Source of the DNA: Octopus bimaculoides
Taxonomy: Eukaryota
Reading direction: 5' to 3'
DNA length: 38,963 nt
Assembly (NCBI RefSeq): GCF_001194135.2
Contig: NC_068983.1
Span: 67,666,320 to 67,705,282, forward strand
Below the pieces are notes generated by a model that was not told the origin of the DNA, ran no database searches, and saw nothing but the letters and a program-made list of their open reading frames with translations. Of this stretch, positions 36,017-38,963 are shown piece after piece. The first letter of the stretch is position 1. Each line of letters begins with the position of its first letter. Made by a program: the position numbers and the translations under genes.

Positions 36017-36767
36017 AGACAGTGGAAATGCCTTACACAAGCAATATGAGTGCATCAATTATTTTAATACACACATTCACGCATACATATATATATATAT
36101 ATGCGTGTGTCTGCATGTGTAAATTAAACACATTCATATAATACGTGTTATACAAATATGCAAAAGAAATCTGAGTTGCATCATTTATAGTATAATATTT
36201 ACATGCATTCTTGCTGTCGCCTCCATCAACGCCAAGAACTATAGATATCAGTCTCATTCACTCTTTCATCTTTCCCACATAAACGCCATCCGTATGCATG
36301 TCAGACACGATACACCAAGCCCGCCCCACATCCATGAACAATTACTTTGAAAACATTCTTTAATGGGGTTATGAAAACCTTTCAACGGCACAAAGAATAA
36401 TTATACCACATATCAATGAGACACTTTAAGGCTCCACCCTATTTGATACTTATTTTAACCCGTAATAAAACTGTCAACTGGTGATATCTACGGAGGACAT
36501 TCGATATGTGACTTAGCTAGAACTACATCCGACAGATTTTCTCTTCGTGGTTAGGAAATACATCTGCTCATTTACTATAGAACTCAAGTAGGGGCTTATA
36601 ATGGATTCCTACCCCTACAGTTCGGATAGTGTTGCTGCTGCGCACGCCACCTCTTTGGTACCATACAAAAGGAAGCTGACTAGGAAATATTCACTGACCA
36701 ATTCCCACAGATATACAGGATTTTCATTTTGGTTGTTCTACATGTAGGAGTGGCTGTGGAGTGACGC

Positions 36768-36927
36768 AGGAGTGGCTGTGTGGTAAGTAGCTTGCTAACG
36801 AACCACATGGTTCCGGGTTCAGTCCCACTGCGTGGCACCTTGGGCAAATGTCTTCAACTATAGCCTCGGGCCGACCAAAGCTTTGTGAGTGGATTTGGTA
36901 GACGGAAACTGAAAGACGCCCGTCGTG

Positions 36928-36972
<45 letters not shown>

Positions 36973-37302
36973 NNNNNNNNNNNNNNNNNNNNNNNNNNNN
37001 NNNNNNNNNNNNNNNNNNNNNNNNNNNNNNNNNNNNNNNNNNNNNNNNNNNNNNNNNNNNNNNNNNNNNNNNNNNNNNNNNNNNNNNNNNNNNGTGTGTG
37101 TGTCTGTGTTTGTCTCCCCAACATCGCTTGACAACCGATGCTGGTGTGTTTACGTCTTCGTAACTTAGCGTTTTGGTAAAAAGACCGATAGAATAAGTTC
37201 TAGGCTTACAAAGAATAAGACCTGGGCTCGATTTGCTCCATTAAAGGCGGTGCTCCAGCATGGCCACAGTCAAATGACTGAAACAGGTAAAAGAGTAAAG
37301 AG
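36768..37302 (+). mobile_element. tRNA-derived SINE with internal (TA)n/(TG)n microsatellite
   Basis: AGGAGTGGCTGTGTGGTAAG (A-box-like) and GGGTTCAGTCCC (B-box-like). Internal microsatellite plus gap. 3' end ggcggtgctccagcatggccacagtcaaatgactgaaacaggtaaaagagtaaagag. Confidence 0.85.
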
Positions 37303-38176
37303 TATGTCTTTATTGACTTTATAACATGCATAAACCTGCACCCATCCAAAATATTTATCACACATTTCTTATTAATGTTGCTATTATAATTTCATTTGTA
37401 ACCAAATTCTATTTGTATATACTCTACAACTTTCTCTGTGCACATCCATCAATATTCTGGTACTGAGAACAGCTTGGTCCCTTAACCCATCGCATATGAG
37501 CCTAAGAACATTGATTAGCTGTTTAATATACACAGCTGATTATAATTGATCGTGTATGTATGTGTCTATAAGTTTGTGCATATACAAATCTTTTCTAAAG
37601 TTCACAATAGAAATTTAGAAATATCTTAATACCCACATTGACATTTTGTTTCTTTATAAAAAATCAGTTCCTTCCGTTTTACGAAATAATCTATGAAATT
37701 ATTCTGTGCATTCGTGCGTGTCTGTTTAGTCTATGTGTTACGCTTACGTCAAGGGCGGTAAAAACTCGAATGGAAAAAACTATATATATAGAAAGAAAGG
37801 GCAGAAAAGGAGACTAAGACATAGAGAGAAAAAGTGGGACTGTTTATATTAGTCTGCATTTGTGTGTTTACATCGCAGGTACAGTCGAAATGTTTAACAT
37901 GAAAATGTCATGAAAATAGGCATTAAAATATATATCAATATATAGTTAAAATAACTGAACTAACCTTAGTTAATAAATAGCTGTGGAAGCTATACTTTTA
38001 ACTTTTACATGTTCCAGATCAATGACTGTGGCCTTGCTGGAGCAATACCATATTCTTTTTTATTTGGTTTAAATGTTTATCGGTATTATGAGAGTAGACA
38101 GACACAGAAAGGATTGTAGCCCGCTAATTAGCTACCATATAGTTAATTAGCTGACTAGCTAAGATAAATAAATAAA

Positions 38177-38202
38177 TAGATAGATAGATAGATAGATAGA
38201 TT

Positions 38203-38282
<80 letters not shown>
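38177..38282. repeat. (GATA)n microsatellite
   Basis: Directly visible. Confidence 0.95.
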
Positions 38283-38558
38283 CGTTGGTGAGCCTGCAGA
38301 TAAACAAATAGGTGGCTGAATGAACTGAAATGAAAACAAAAGAAATGGAAATAATCCTAATTGGTAGGATGGACACATTTTACCTAAAACTCCCAGAAGG
38401 TAAGAAGATAGACAAAGAACACTGATTTCTGTTGACTCCCTCAACCCCCTTTCTAACAGAAACTGCTCCTTGTTCTTTTGGCCTTAATTTTGATATACAA
38501 AAATTTGATCAACAAGATCTCTAACAAGTCTTTCTTCCTGATACTTTAGTAGCATCTA

Positions 38559-38664
38559 AGCTGAAGTGAAGACAGCATGTTCTTTATCTATCTCCTTACC
38601 TTCTTGGAGGTAGCTGAAGTGAAGACAGCATGTTCTTTATCTATCTCCTTACCTTCTTGGAGGT
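38559..38664. repeat. Perfect 53-bp tandem duplication
   Basis: agctgaagtgaagacagcatgttctttatctatctccttaccttcttggaggt at 38559-38611 and 38612-38664. Confidence 0.95.
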
Positions 38665-38850
38665 CTAAGGTAAAATTATACTAATGTGTCCATCTGTTTT
38701 AATTTATTTTAATTCTATGTCTTTATGCAGCTGAGGATTGCTCTGCATTTAAATTGATGTAATGATTGCATTGTTCAATTAAATGGAGTTGCTTGAAATA
38801 TCGTACTGCATTACCTCTGGATATCCTTGTTGCTTATTTTGATATATATA

Positions 38851-38963
38851 TCATCATCATCATCATCGTTTAACGTCCGCTTTCCATGCTAGCATGGGTT
38901 GGACGATTTGACTGAGGACTGGTGAAACCGGATGGCAACACCAGGCTCCAATCTAATTTGGCA
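38851..38963 (-). mobile_element. 3' end of an (ATG)n-tailed retroposon (SINE or LINE tail), continuing beyond the window
   Basis: (TCA)n followed by cgtttaacgtccgctttccatgctagcatgggttggacg, which I recognise as a common octopod repeat terminus. Confidence 0.65.

Noticed and set aside
38018-38070. ttccAG acceptor with open reading SMTVALLEQYHILFYL, phase-compatible with the 27837 exon
   Set aside because: The sequence is the reverse complement of the SINE 3' tail (ggccacagtca...gtaaaag), and there is no good donor.

Overview
AT-rich, repeat-dense eukaryotic DNA. It is most likely intronic or intergenic sequence of an octopod cephalopod; this is inferred from the SINE families and the microsatellite density. 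It contains several N gaps. I see no intact protein-coding gene, rRNA, functional tRNA or CRISPR array, and most ORF-track entries are microsatellite or N artefacts. The window is mainly decayed transposable elements: several Tx1/L1-clade LINE pieces (all + strand), three R4/Dong-clade LINE pieces (all - strand), a full-length dead DD37D (maT-type) Tc1/mariner with TIRs, a Tc1 fragment, a hAT MITE with a perfect 8-bp TSD, a Tc2/pogo-type MITE, Penelope-like RT remnants, tRNA-derived SINEs and two copies of an (AAT)n-tailed retroposon. The best non-TE signal is a pair of phase-compatible micro-exon candidates (25962-26019 and 27837-27886) that may belong to an unidentified + strand host gene. 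I cannot support a claim of a wholly new biological system. The most unusual items are listed as findings.
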